Source: Octopus sinensis (Eukaryota). From it: a stretch of DNA of 64,000 nucleotides. A program made the position numbers and the translations under genes. This document shows, one piece after another, positions 12,396 through 24,948 of this stretch (the stretch's first letter is position 1; each line of letters opens with the position of its first letter). The notes under the pieces are model-generated. The model was not told the origin of the DNA and made no database searches. It worked only from the letters and a program-made list of their open reading frames with translations. The stretch is taken from contig NC_042997.1 in the NCBI RefSeq assembly GCF_006345805.1, forward strand, positions 114,328,001-114,392,000, written 5' to 3'.

Positions 12396-12546
12396 CATCA
12401 TCATCATCGTTTAACGTCCGATGATGATAATGATGATGATTATTATATGTTTGACTTTTGCTTTGTATTTGTACAAGTTGGCTCCAAGTCTCGACCAGAG
12501 CAGAGAAATGTACTGTATATATTGGTAGGCCATTAAAATAAGCACA
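12288..12546. repeat. Near-perfect inverted repeat (121-bp arms, 17-nt spacer)
   Basis: 12288-12408 is the reverse complement of 12426-12546, with 2 mismatches by hand alignment. Confidence 0.95.
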
Positions 12547-12677
12547 GAAACATATGTATGCATATGTGTATGTATGTATGCACGTATGTATAGCTTTTTG
12601 TGGTGGTGGCCTTATGTTCTTCTTTATTGATAAAATATAAATCACTTCTTTGCCAAAATAGCAACTGACTAACTCAC

Positions 12678-12955
12678 CTGTAAAGCTTGATAGCATGCTG
12701 TCTGTAAATCAAATAACGAAAGTTTGTAGTCACTACTATTGTACGATTCCCTTCGAATCATTTCAAATAAATCCGCAGCTTGGAAAAGTTGCTGCTGACA
12801 CTCTTCCAGTTGGCCCTGGCCCCATAATGACAGTCCAAGGCGATATCGAATTTTGGCCTCGTCTTCCCGTCTTCCCAGCTGCTCTGCAATCTGCAGGCCC
12901 TGCTGCAAATATTGAACTGCCTGTATATAGTTTCCTAATGCATGATGAACTCGAC
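12678..12955 (-). CDS. TTC28: TTC28 exon (278 nt, phase 1 to 0)
   Basis: Acceptor ttttcaag|GTCGAG and donor CAG|gtgagt. Translates GRVHHALGNYIQAVQYLQQGLQIAEQLGRREDEAKIRYRLG...DYKLSLFDLQTACYQALQ. Confidence 0.94.
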
Positions 12956-13383
12956 CTTGAAAATTAAACAAGAAACAAAAGAGTCTAGAAAAGATGGTTA
13001 TGATATTTAAAAAGAATCTAACATTTTTAGCTTTGATTACTAGAAGTGATTTCTAAATTTTAATCATAAATTCAGAGGAATTATATAGTTTCTGTTATAA
13101 TACCATTCCTAAGTAGGATTTATTATAGAAATCTAAACTAAACCCAGTACTTAAGGGAAACCACAAGAGTGCAAAGGGAGAGAGGGGAGGGGAAAGGGAA
13201 AGCAGTGAATGATAAAGCACAGGTATATAGAGGAGCAACAAGATAACAAAGATACAGTTGGCAAGGGGGAGGACAGGCGAGAGATAATAAAGTGGCATTG
13301 GGCCTCAGGAATGTGTGTGGGGGGGGGAGACAAGCATAGTGCATGGCTTGTGTGCGTGTGTATGTGTATATATATATATATAT

Positions 13384-13813
13384 ATACTAGCAGTATCGCC
13401 CGGCGTTGCTCGGGTTTGTAAGGGAAATAACTATATAAGCATTTTTAGAGATGTAAAGTATAATAGCCATCTCAATATGGCTAACCACAAAGGAGGTGTG
13501 TTACTGTAGCTTTTTACATTCTGAGATTTAATAATAAATTTTTAGAGAGTTACTTCCCTTATATATGCCAAAAATGCATTAAAAATGGGAAAAATTGATG
13601 GTAAATTATTTTTAAAATCGTAGACTCATCGTAGACGCGCACTAATACCCAGAAGGGCTCGATATGAATCACGACTTGTGGGCAATAAAGAAACAGATAT
13701 GAATCACGACTATAAGATACCCGGTTTTGGTTAAACTGCACCGCAAAATGTGGGAGTAGTTAGGAATCTAAATCGTAGGAGACAGACAGCACACAACCTC
13801 ACTTTTATATATA

Positions 13814-13820
<7 letters not shown>
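13384..13820 (+). mobile_element. Helitron-like non-autonomous element
   Basis: Begins ACTAGCAGTATCGCCCGGCGTTGCTCGGG (short 5' hairpin) and ends CTTTTATATATA running into (TA)n. This architecture resembles Helitron/Helentron-derived elements; the family assignment is from recall. Confidence 0.55.
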
Positions 13821-13858
<38 letters not shown>

Positions 13859-14046
13859 GTTTTGGTATCCAGAAGATCTAAAAGGCAGGTAAGGCGATGT
13901 AAGGATCACTGTTATACTCCCGGTTTGGTAATAGCATGAATGAGGAGTCTAACATGAATCATGTGTGAGTGTGTATCTGTTAAATAAAATGAAACAAGAA
14001 AGCCAAGGCAGTGTGAAATTTCTAGGACATTTTATAAAGAAAAGGT

Positions 14047-14095
14047 AGTCTTACAGCTGTTTCAGGGATATAAAAAATATCCCTTCACCAGAGAT
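14047..14095 (-). ncRNA. Hammerhead ribozyme-like motif, minimal type I, with a core A6G change
   Basis: Minus strand reads atct CTGGTGA AGGGATAT-ttttt-ATATCCCT GAAA CAGCTG TA agac: perfect 8-bp stem II, palindromic stem III, a GUA triplet and a 3-bp stem I. Confidence 0.6.
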
Positions 14096-14224
14096 GATAT
14101 GAGAGAGTTAAATAGAGAGAAATAGCAGGGTTCAATATAAGAAGTTATTTTGGAAAAGGAATGGTAGAGTTCTAGCAATGTCCTAGAAAATACACACTGC
14201 CTCGGCCTTGTCTCATTTTATTTA

Positions 14225-14301
<77 letters not shown>

Positions 14302-14717
14302 ATATTAAATATACAAACATGAACATTAATCATATAAAAGGAACAGGCAAATCAACCCTTGTACTTGACTAATACTTATTTTAATCCCCTTGGCAAGATG
14401 AAAGCAAAGGCAACCTTGATGGAAGTTAAACTAAGAACATAAAGAGACATAACTAAATACTACAAGACATTTTGTCTATCATGTTACTGATTCTGCTCTT
14501 CATCACCCTTTATTATAACAACTCTATGTAAGTGTGGGATGTCATTAAGTGTATTGTCACTTATAAGTCATAAGGGTCTACGGACAAGAAGAAACTTGTG
14601 AAATATGGGTTTACTGCCAGTAAGCCAACGAGAGAGTAAAGTTGGTATTTTATGAATGACATCTTTTGTTATGAGGAAACAAATCTTACTAGACTGTTTG
14701 GTCAGTAAATAACTTAC

Positions 14718-14858
14718 CCAGACTGCTGAAAGCCATAGTCTTTGCTACTTTGTCTTGAAGTTGTGCCGCCATACTTAAGTGTTTCTCTTGATAACGTACA
14801 GCTTCTTCATGGTTTCCAAGAGATTCATGAGATAAACCAAAGTTTCCATATGCTCTGC
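14718..14858 (-). CDS. TTC28: TTC28 exon (141 nt, phase 1 to 1), TPR
   Basis: Acceptor ttattacag|GCAGAG and donor CTGG|gtaagt. Translates (C)RAYGNFGLSHESLGNHEEAVRYQEKHLSMAAQLQDKVAKTMAFSSL. Confidence 0.93.
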
Positions 14859-16099
14859 CTGTAATAACAATAATAATTTCTAATATAAATACAAAGACCA
14901 CAAATTTGTGGAGAGGTTGGATGATTAAACAGACCCCTAGTATTTGACTGGCACTTTATTTTATAGATCTCAGAAAAATGAAAGGTGAAGATGACATCAT
15001 CAGGATTTGAACTTAAAATATAAAGGGTCAGAACAATAATATGCAATGCTATAATGATTTTTGCCAATTAACAATACTAATAAAAATTTTCCTCTCAATT
15101 TTCTTAGATAAAAGACCCTTCCTATCTCGGAATTAGAAAATCTCATTTAACCTGACTAGGACAACTAGTTCTATGACACAAAGCATTATATTTTAAAGTG
15201 AATCATCATCATTTAATGTCCACTTTCCAGATGTTGACTGGATTGGATGGTTTGTTAGGATCTGGCAAATTCCAGGGCCACATCAAGCTCCCTTTGTCAT
15301 AATTTTATACTAAAACCTTTCATTAACCTATATTTTAGATGCCAGATTACTAATGAAAAAGAAAAATAATTTACTAAATCTATTCCAAATTCTTGATTAT
15401 TTTCAGAGTTAATTGAAAAACACTATCTTTGTTTAATGTCCATCTTCCATGTTGAAATGAGTTGTACAGTTCAACAGGATCTGAGGAGCCAGAAGACGGC
15501 ATTAAAGCTCTAATGTCTACTTTGGCATGACTTCCAATGCTAGATGTCCTCCCTAACACCAATTACTCTACAGAATGTACTGAGTGCCTTTTTTTCTTTT
15601 TCGTGGAATTAGGGTCACTATTTCATCTATCAGTCTACTGATTGATGAACACAACGTTCCCCACAATGATGCTAAATGATGCTTCACAAGGTTTTACTGA
15701 TCCCAATAAAGATGACTTAAGCAGTATCAGTGAAGTAAAGCCCCAACATATTCCCGACATAACTTTTGGCACCTCATAACAATAATACCTATTTCTTTAC
15801 TACCTACAAGGGGCCAAACACAGAGAGGACAAACAAGGACAGACAAACGGATTAAGTCAATTATATCGACCCCAGTGCATAACTGTACTTATTTAATCGA
15901 CCCCGAAAGGATGAAAGGCAAAGTCGACCTTGGAGGAATTTGAACTCAGAATGTAGCGGCAGTCGAAATACGGCTACGCATTTCACCTGGCGTGCTAACG
16001 TTTATGTCAGCTCGCTGCCTTAAACACAACTCACAAGGGAGCCCAGATAGGTTCTCTGCCTAGTGCCAACGTGCATTCTCTCTAATTAATCACCGCAAA

Positions 16100-16900
16100 C
16101 ATTGCTAGATACAAACAATGTATCTGAACATTTGTATCTCAGACTGTTCCAATACAGATGTCAATACTCTGACTTCAGCAAAGGAAACCAATATAGCTGG
16201 CTACAGCATTCTGTTGAAAAGCTTATCCAGTATTGGAGTGGATTGTTTACTGATAAACAGAATCCAACATGTGATCAACAGAGACTGCTGAAGCATGGGT
16301 ACTGTGTTGGGCCCACTTCTTTTCATAATTTTATATAAATGACATCACAAATGTTATCAAGCTAAGTACAATAAACACTTTTGCAGATGACTATAATCTT
16401 CACAAACAGAATGGGTGACTGGACAAAACTTCAATCTGAGCTATGAGTAAAGATTCAGTTGTTAATAAAAAAAACCATTATCCTGGTAAACAAGGAAAAT
16501 CTTGACCTTATCCACTTTGGAAAAGATGTACTCCAAAAGCCATATTCTCTTCCCTCAGGAGAACTTCTCATGGTGTCAAATGATATCAGAAACTTAGGAG
16601 TAACTACTGACAACAGCCTAAGACATAGTTGACATAGCTTGCAGGATTTGCTCTTGGATTCTCAGAACTTCTCAGTCCAGTGACCCATATTCCCTCATCC
16701 CTCTATTCTCTATCTTTGCACAGTTTTATGTTAATTACTGTTACCTGTTGCAGTGGTCTTCGATAATCAATAAAAATGTAAAAATCTAAGTTCAAGGTCA
16801 GTTACAAAAATAAATAGTATGATGAGCCTTAATTACTGGGATTGCCTCAAAAATCTCAGACCCCATTTTCTCCAATGCTATTGTGAGTGCTATGTCATTT
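16100..16900 (+). mobile_element. Decayed CR1/L2-like reverse transcriptase remnant
   Basis: Frameshifted GTVLGPLLFII and FADD motifs around 16297-16395. Confidence 0.65.
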
Positions 16901-17117
16901 GTACACAGTGGAAAATATTTCATTAGCATTACTCAAATGATGTTAGCATTAAGTTTAGAAATCACTCAAGGCTGGGCCCCTATGCCCTAAGCCCCAATAA
17001 AAATTCATTACATTATACCTTTTTTACCTCAACTGTCTTCCTCAATTCAACAGTACCCTGAAACAAACCCTTATGTCATATATATATATTTATATACAAA
17101 AGTAAGTTTTTACTTAC

Positions 17118-17924
17118 ATTGGGCTTCAGTATTATTGAGTTCATCAGCAATCTGTAAATCATTTTCATGATATTTGAGAGCAGTTTCATATTCTCCCATT
17201 TGTTGATAAACATTGCCTAAACCACATGCAGCCTCTCCTTCACAGAGTTTATCTCCGACATTTCTAGCAATGTTCAGCTGATGTTCTAAACAAGAGATTG
17301 CTTGCTCAAAGTTCCCCAGCAGACTGTGTAAACATCCCAGCTCACCATAAGCAGAAGCTTTTGCTTGGTTGTTGTTCATCTCGTGAGTAACGACTAATCT
17401 TTTCTCAAAACAGACCAGTGCCTGTTGCAAGTTACCTAAAGCCCGATGAGCATTCCCAAGTCCTCGATAAGCTTTATCTTGATCAACTAAAGAATTTGTT
17501 GCTTGAGAAACAACTAAATACTGATCATGGCATTTTACCGATTCTTCAAAATCTCCCAATGCCTCGTAGCATTCACTAAGATTACCAAATGCTTTGCCTT
17601 TCTCTACAAGCACTTTGTTTCCGTGAAGTTGCTCCAACATAGATAACTGTTGTTCAAAAAGACCAATGGCTTCATCAAAATGTGCTGTGTTCATCCTTAT
17701 AATTCCAAGATTTCCATATGCTTGTGCCTCTAGAGCACTGTCATGGAGTTCTTGACTATGCTTCAACTGTTCTTCGAAACAGCTGTAAGCATTTGTGTAG
17801 TTCTCTAGACACATATGTACAGTACCAATACTACCATGGGCACGGCATTCCCCTTTTAGATCTTTCATCTCTTGGCGAATAGCGAGTTCCTGATTATGGA
17901 ATCCAAATGCTTTCTCAAACTGAC
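17118..17924 (-). CDS. TTC28: TTC28 exon (807 nt, phase 1 to 1), TPR array
   Basis: Acceptor tctaacag|GTCAGT and donor CAAT|gtaagt. ORF 17110..17868 extends upstream as GQFEKAFGFHNQELAIRQE. Confidence 0.95.
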
Positions 17925-18001
17925 CTGTTAGAAATAGACATTTTAAAAACAGTTTGTTATTTTCTTCTAATTTTCAAGATATCACATAGTATTTTAGGGG
18001 T

Positions 18002-18004
<3 letters not shown>

Positions 18005-18055
<51 letters not shown>

Positions 18056-18262
18056 TGTGTGTGAGTGAGTGTGTGTGAGTGAGTGAGTGTGTGTGAGTGA
18101 GTGAGTGTGAGTGAGTGTGGGTGAGTGTGTGTGAGAGTATGTGTGTGTAAGAGAGTATTAGTGTGTGTGTGAGAGTGTGTGTGTGTGTGTGAGAGAGAAA
18201 ATGTGTGTGTGTGTGTATGTGTGAGTGTGTGAGATTGTGTGTGTGTGTGTGAGTGTGTGTGC
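18005..18262. repeat. Compound (GT)n/(GTGA)n microsatellite
   Basis: Read directly from the sequence. It explains the spurious His/Thr-rich ORF 17974..18339. Confidence 0.95.
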
Positions 18263-18379
18263 ATGCATGAATAAAGACAAAAATAAATCAGAAAAACTGC
18301 TACACCTCTACAGATATCAAGTTCAACAATGACAGGCATTTGCTGTGATGAGAGTCAATCATCAAACCAAGCAAAACTC

Positions 18380-20430
18380 GAAGATAAGCATGTAACTAAA
18401 TAGTCATTTCCATAAAAGACCCATTTGTAGCATTGAATCCAAGGAACTGGTTAGCCCCCTGATCACCTACCAACCAGGTGAACACACAGGCCAAATAGAC
18501 TTCATACTCATCACAAAACAGGATTCGCAACAGGTTATGAATACTAAATCCTTCTCCAGTGAAAAATACACCATTTAATATACACACTCGTATTCAGCAA
18601 GGTCAGCAGAAAAACTAGATGAACTGAGAGACATAAGATAATCTAGAGAAAGAAGATAGTGGAAGCTGAAAGATTCCTTGGTCAGACCATAAGTATTGAG
18701 TTGGTAGATACAAAGAGAAGGTGAAGTAACAGATTTATAACACAGAGGGCAACTGAAATTTACTGTGAGACAACCTACTGAGAGCCACAGATCATTCGTG
18801 GATTGAAAAAAGTGGTGGGAAGGTACAGCAAATACTGCAATAAAAGCTAAAAGTTAGGCTTAGAAAGAATGGAAGGAAGTGAGGAGCACAAAACAATATT
18901 AGATTGCAAAAAGAGGTGCTATAAGTAAGAGATTTGCCAATATTCTTTGGCAAAAGGAATCAGAGGTGTAAGGTGTTTTGAATTGCAAAGCAGTCAGCTG
19001 GATTAAAGGTGCCATTGAGAAAAAAAACAAAACAGAATGATAGTAGTGCACTTTGCATGAACGATGCTCAGGTGAAAAAAGTATAAAATTGCTATTATGT
19101 GAAGATGCCAAATATAGAGAATGTATGGGAAAGAGAAGATATACCCCAAGTGAACCCAACTGAGGTACCAGATTTGAAGTTGGCAGCCATACTGTCAAAA
19201 GTGTAATTAAGGATATTTAGGCAGGAAACACTGCTGGGCCATAAAAAATAGCTGCTGAGATTCTGAAAATATCTGAGAAGTAAAACATGTGCTAATCACC
19301 TGAATAATAAATCAAGTAGAACAGGGAAATGTCATACCCACACTATTATCTTCTATGAAGAGGCAGCGATAGAGGTATCAAATTGATAGATCAGGTTATG
19401 AAAGTAACAGAATGGGTTGTAGTATAACTGGTTAGGAAGACAGTTAGCTAAGACGAAATGTACTTTGGGCTTGTGCCAAGATGGGCACAACTGATGCCCT
19501 CTTCCTAATGAAGAGTAACCCACTAAACCTAGCATTTGTTGACCTGGAAAAGGTTTTTGACTGAACCCCATGCTCTGTAGTTCAGTGGTTGCAATGAAAT
19601 ATAGGTATGTAGGCTCTCATAAGACTAACTATACAAGCTGTGTACAGAGATGTTATCACCAAGTTGAGAATTAGCAATGAGTTAAGTAAGGCTTTTAACA
19701 TGCAGTTATTTGTCTCTCAGGGATCAGTTCTCAGCCTTACTGTTTATTATAATTCCCCAACCATAATAGGAGATTTTAAGGTAGGCTTTCCATGATGGAA
19801 ACATAACCAATGAAATAAATTCTTAAAATTGCTCAGAAGACTCCCTAGAAGTAATTGATAGCTTTTGTTACCTAGGTAACCTAAGTGACAGAAGAGGTGA
19901 ATGTTTTGAAAACATGATATCCAAATTAAGAAAGGAGTGAAAAAATTCAAAGGAGTTATTAATTCTGTTGGCAACTCTCTTTGAGAAAAGGGAAAAATGC
20001 TAGGATGCTTGTGTGTGTAATGTAGTGTTACATGGTGATGAAATTTGGACATTGGGCATGGGAGATGTACAAAGGCTAGAACGAAATGAAGGGGACATGC
20101 TCTGCTGGTTATGAAATGTTGAAGTGTATAGCCAGGAAAAAGACTAAGTAGAAGAAGAATTAGATGCAGTGTGCAAGAAAAAGAAAATACTAAGCTGATA
20201 TGAACATATGATGTATACAGAGACTGATGAATGGATAAAGAGGTGTTGATAATCCAGATGGAAAGACTCCGTGGAAGAGAAATACCAACTAAGGAAGACA
20301 TAAGAAATGGTGAAAATTGGTCTTCGAAAGTTGAAAGAGATGATGAAGGAGTACAACAAGTGGCAAAATGATTGTCTCAAAGTGACACAGGGATGTGACA
20401 TTGGCAAGCTATGAAAATGGCAAGATGCAC
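18380..20430 (+). mobile_element. Old RTE-like LINE remnant
   Basis: Fragmentary DLEKVFD (about 19540) and QGSVLS (about 19720) reverse transcriptase motifs plus a purine-rich C-terminal region, with many stops and frameshifts. Confidence 0.55.
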
Positions 20431-20956
20431 ATCTTGCTCTTGTAGTCAATTTTGGGGTGATTTTGCTTCACCTAGCTCTGAAGTATATTGTCTTATTTTA
20501 ACACGATATATCTATAAAGGATGGAAACTGGAACTTCTGGCCTTTCAATAATAAATATGCATTTAGTATGTCATGTAAGTAAATAAAAATAACATTTTGA
20601 GGGGTAACACTAACTGGTTATAAAAACAAATGATTTTAGTGTAACATGTTGCATTTACTTAAAAAGTAACCGATCTCAAGAGTAAACATTTGGAAATATA
20701 TGCTCCTTCCCATGATGTTTTGTTGGGCACAATACTTTTAGTTGAAAAAATCCTGCTTTTATGAAATAAAAAAATTAAAAGTTACAAAGTAATAACAATC
20801 TAAGCAAACATCTGCTTGAACCTCAGCTTTTTCACTGAATGTTTTATTTATTCTAAATTTAAACCACAAACTAGTAAAATATATACCAAGATGAGGATTA
20901 TGATAAACTGAACCTGACATGTAGAGAATAAAAGACAACATAAAATGATAGCTCAC

Positions 20957-22456
20957 CCAAAAAACGATGACAAGTACCAAGGGCTCCGTATGCTGTTGCA
21001 ATCAAGTGCTGGTTTTTAGTTTGTTTTGCTAAATTCAATTGTTGTTGATAGGTTTTCACAGCCTCTGTAATCTCACCAGTTTTCAGTAATATGTCTCCAA
21101 TTGTTCCAAGTACCTTAAATGTGCCCTTCATATATTTCAAAAAATGCATCAGTGCTAAAGCTTTCTTTTGATAGTCCAAAGCACTATCATAATTGAACAA
21201 AGCTTTGTGGGCGAGACCAAGATTGCAGTATGCACGAGCAATTTCCAGCTTGTCGTGCATTCTTTTAGCAACATCTAAATGCTGTTCATAGTAGTCCAAA
21301 GCTTTTTGATAGTTTCCCAATAAAGAGTAAGCATAACCAAGATTGAAACATGCCTTTGCTTCACTCTCTTTATCACACAGATCTTCTGCTAATGTTAGAA
21401 ATTGTTCATAGTATGGGATGGCTTCCGAATAGTTTTCCTTGACACTGTAGAAATTTCCGAGGTTACAAAGGGCCCGAGCTTCACTGACTGTGTCCTTTAA
21501 TTCACGTGCCATATTCAAGTGTGCCACAAAGTGATGTAATGCTTTGTCAGGCATTTTAAGAGATTGGTATGAAACAGCCAAATTGCCATGAGTTGACATT
21601 TCAGAATGTCGATCATTAACTTCCACAGCAATTGATAGTTCTTGCTTATGGAACCTCATTGCAACCTCATGCTCTCCTAAGGCACTATATGCATTTCCAA
21701 TGTTGCCATATGCACGTCCTTCACTTGCATAGTCCCCTAATTTTCTAGCTATCTTTAAATGCATCATATGCAGTTTCAGAGCAGCTTCATATTCATTTAA
21801 TTGATGGTATATAATACCAAGGTTAGCACAGGATCGACCCTCAGCCACGCGATCTTTTGTTTGTAGAGCATTATCCAGTTGCTTTTCATGATAGTGCTTT
21901 GCTAAGTTATAATCTGATTTGCAACGTGCAGCATGCCCCAGCCCAGCATATGCACGAGCTTCAAGCACACAGTCATTCCGTTGTTTTGCTATTGTTAATA
22001 CTTGATTATGAAAAGACTTAGCTTTTTCATAGTCACGTTTATAATGATAAGCACTACCAAGATTACTATATGCCCTGGCTTCTTCGTAGGAACTTTTAAA
22101 GGATTTAGCAATTTGTAAATGCTCGTTGTGACATTTAATGGCCAAGTCAAAACAACCCATAGCTAAATAAACAGCCCCAGCATTTCCAATCTCTCGAGCT
22201 TCTCCATGTCTGTCAGATCTTTGGCGGCAGAGTAAAACACATTGTTTGTGACTATTTAAAGCGTTTGGATAATCCCCGATGGCAGTATAGACATGGCCAA
22301 GATTACTTAATGCTGAAGCAGCAGTGGGCCGATCCTTTAACTTCATAGCCAGAACTAACTGATGTCTATGATTAGAAAGGGCTTCTTGGTAATGGCCTTT
22401 GGAGAAGAAGGCAGACCCTAAATTTCCATACACACGACATTCTCCACCTTGGTCAC
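20957..22456 (-). CDS. TTC28: TTC28 exon (1500 nt, phase 1 to 1), TPR array
   Basis: Acceptor ttattacag|GTGACC and donor TTGG|gtgagc. ORF 20898..22433 carries repeated ARAYGNLG-type TPR motifs. Confidence 0.95.
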
Positions 22457-24675
22457 CTGTAATAAGAAAAATATGGATATGAAATTTTACATTTCTTATA
22501 AAAGTTTTCTTTCCAAATTATTATATATAATTAATACTTTATATTTGATTGATCATGATAATGAAAGATATTTGAAAATATCATTAGGAAGTTATTGAAC
22601 TATGGAAGTCAGTGGTTTTTAACATCAATCAATCAGTTGTGGGGTCATAGTTTCATTAAAAAATTTTTTACCTGTTAAGGCAATTAGGTCAGTAATTAGT
22701 TTTGCAATAATCTTGAATCCTTTACTTCAATGCAACACATTAATAACAAAAATAATACAATCACACCTGTTAACACAGGTACAAGACACACACACACACA
22801 CCTATATATGTGTGTATGGAGTTTGATATCAGTACTCAATAGATAAAACACCAAACAATGTGAATGCGTAAAAAATCTTTTTCCTAAACCGAAGTGGTTC
22901 AACCATCAGATTAAATTAAATGTTGGAATCTTAACCAAAAATCAAGAATTCTCTGGTAGTAGCATACGTAATAAACTAAAGCCACAGTATAATAGTGTAA
23001 CAGTATAAGAATACATTAAATACAGAACATTAAGTATAGGAGTATAAATAATATACTGATTTCAAATTTTAGCACAATGCCAGCAATTTCATGGGAGGGA
23101 ATAAGTCGATTACATTGGCTCCAGTGTTTAACTGATGCTTATTTTATTGAGCCTGCAATAACAATAGGCAAAGCCGACCTCAGCAGAATTTGGACTCAGA
23201 ATGTAAAGATGAATGAAAAGCTGCCTTGCATTTTTCCCAGGTGTGCTAACGATTCTACCAGCTCATTGCCTCAGGTGTATAAGTAATATATCAAAGCCAC
23301 AATATAATAGCATAGGAGTGTGTGTAATTCATAAGAAAGATAAATACGTGGTATTCAATTCATCAAATATTTATCATATAAATTAAAATCATTAAAAGAT
23401 GTTGTTACATGAGCTGTGACAAATAAATAGGAAAAAATCAAATACAATAGTTGCAAAAGGAGAAGATGTATATGTTTAGATAATGAAGATGTATTGCACA
23501 GCAAACTCATTAAACCCAACTTGCTAACGAAGAAAAAAAAAACACAAACGTCATGATGAAGGTGATGTATGTGCATCTCTGCATCTTTCATGGAACTCAC
23601 TTAATACAGTCATGTTATTAAATGGTTTTTATGGCCAAAATTAGAGGACCCCAAATGTATTTAGAATATTATTATATTCATTGCTATGAATGTTATTAAC
23701 TGGTTATTGTTATCTAAAAGGGTCCATTCCAAAGTGATTACAATAACTAGAGTGAGTGAGTGAGTGAGTGAGTAGGTGTGTGTAATACATTACATATATT
23801 CTTCATTGGTTTCAATCATTGGACTGCAGCCGTAATGAGGCACAACCTTCAAGGGTTTATGCTGACCCCAGTACATTGTAAATATTGTCTGGTGTTTAAA
23901 CAAAACCTTAGGGGAAGAGGAAAGGCAAAATCAACTTATAGGGACATAACCAGGTATTTTGTCTGATGTCCGACCATCCATTCGCTGGTTATACACACAC
24001 ATTTGCATACAATTTTCATCTAACAAATTTAATTCACAAGCCCATGATCAACAGAAAACAGTGACAGACAATACATGCCCAATGCACTGTGCAGTGGAAT
24101 TTGAGCCCTGAACCAAGTAAAAGTGAAGTGAAATTTTTAATCACATGGTCAAGCATACAGCCATATTTGCATGTTCTTTAGTTTGCTTATGTCCCAGTTA
24201 CATATGAAACAAAATCTAATTAAAGATTCCCAGTAGCAACCTTTGATCTGTCAAGATATTGCATGTAGTGAAGGATGGGAACTAATTATAAAACCTTTAG
24301 CTTAATCCTATGATCTAAGATATTATAAACTTAGATTCTCTCCCAGAAGTATAACAGCAATGGTTTAAACCTTGTGTTATCACATTTCTGCTGAAATACA
24401 CTGTTTTTGTTTCATTTAAATTTAAAAATAACGAAGAATTTAGGGAAAATAACTAACATTATTAAGTTGATGTTTGGAACATAAACATGGAATTTTGATG
24501 GAAGATTTTAATTTTGATCACCTTAAAAACTGGAAGTTTGCATCACAGAACCAGAGGTGGTCTAGGGTGGGTTGGCATCAAAAGAGTTTAAACCATTAGC
24601 ACAAGTAAAGAATTCAAAACTATTAAGTTAGAAAAAAAATAAATAAATCAAAGTAATATTTCAAATAGTCTTTAC

Positions 24676-24948
24676 CCATAGATTTCATTATGTCAAGATC
24701 TTTTTTCATAAAGGCAATGGATTTGTCAATATCTCCAGTCCCCCAGTAGGCTCGGCTCAAGGCAGAAAATACTGATCCACGTAGCTTTATACTTATTGTT
24801 CCAATTGAAAGGGCAGATTCAAGCATTGTTACTGAAGCACCATAATGACCAGCTGCCAGCAGCTCTTGACCAATTACAGCTATCACAACAAATGCATTGC
24901 ATTCAAGATTCATTTTCTCTAGTTGCTGAAAAACAGGCTTCAGTTTTT
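24676..24948 (-). CDS. TTC28: TTC28 exon (273 nt, phase 1 to 1)
   Basis: Acceptor tttccag|AAAAAC and donor ATGG|gtaaag. Translates (E)KLKPVFQQLEKMNLECNAFVVIAVIGQELLAAGHYGASVTMLESALSIGTISIKLRGSVFSALSRAYWG. Overlaps ORF 24623..24913. Confidence 0.93.

Noticed and set aside
17974-18339. 121-aa His/Thr-rich ORF
   Set aside because: It is a translation of the (CA)n microsatellite.
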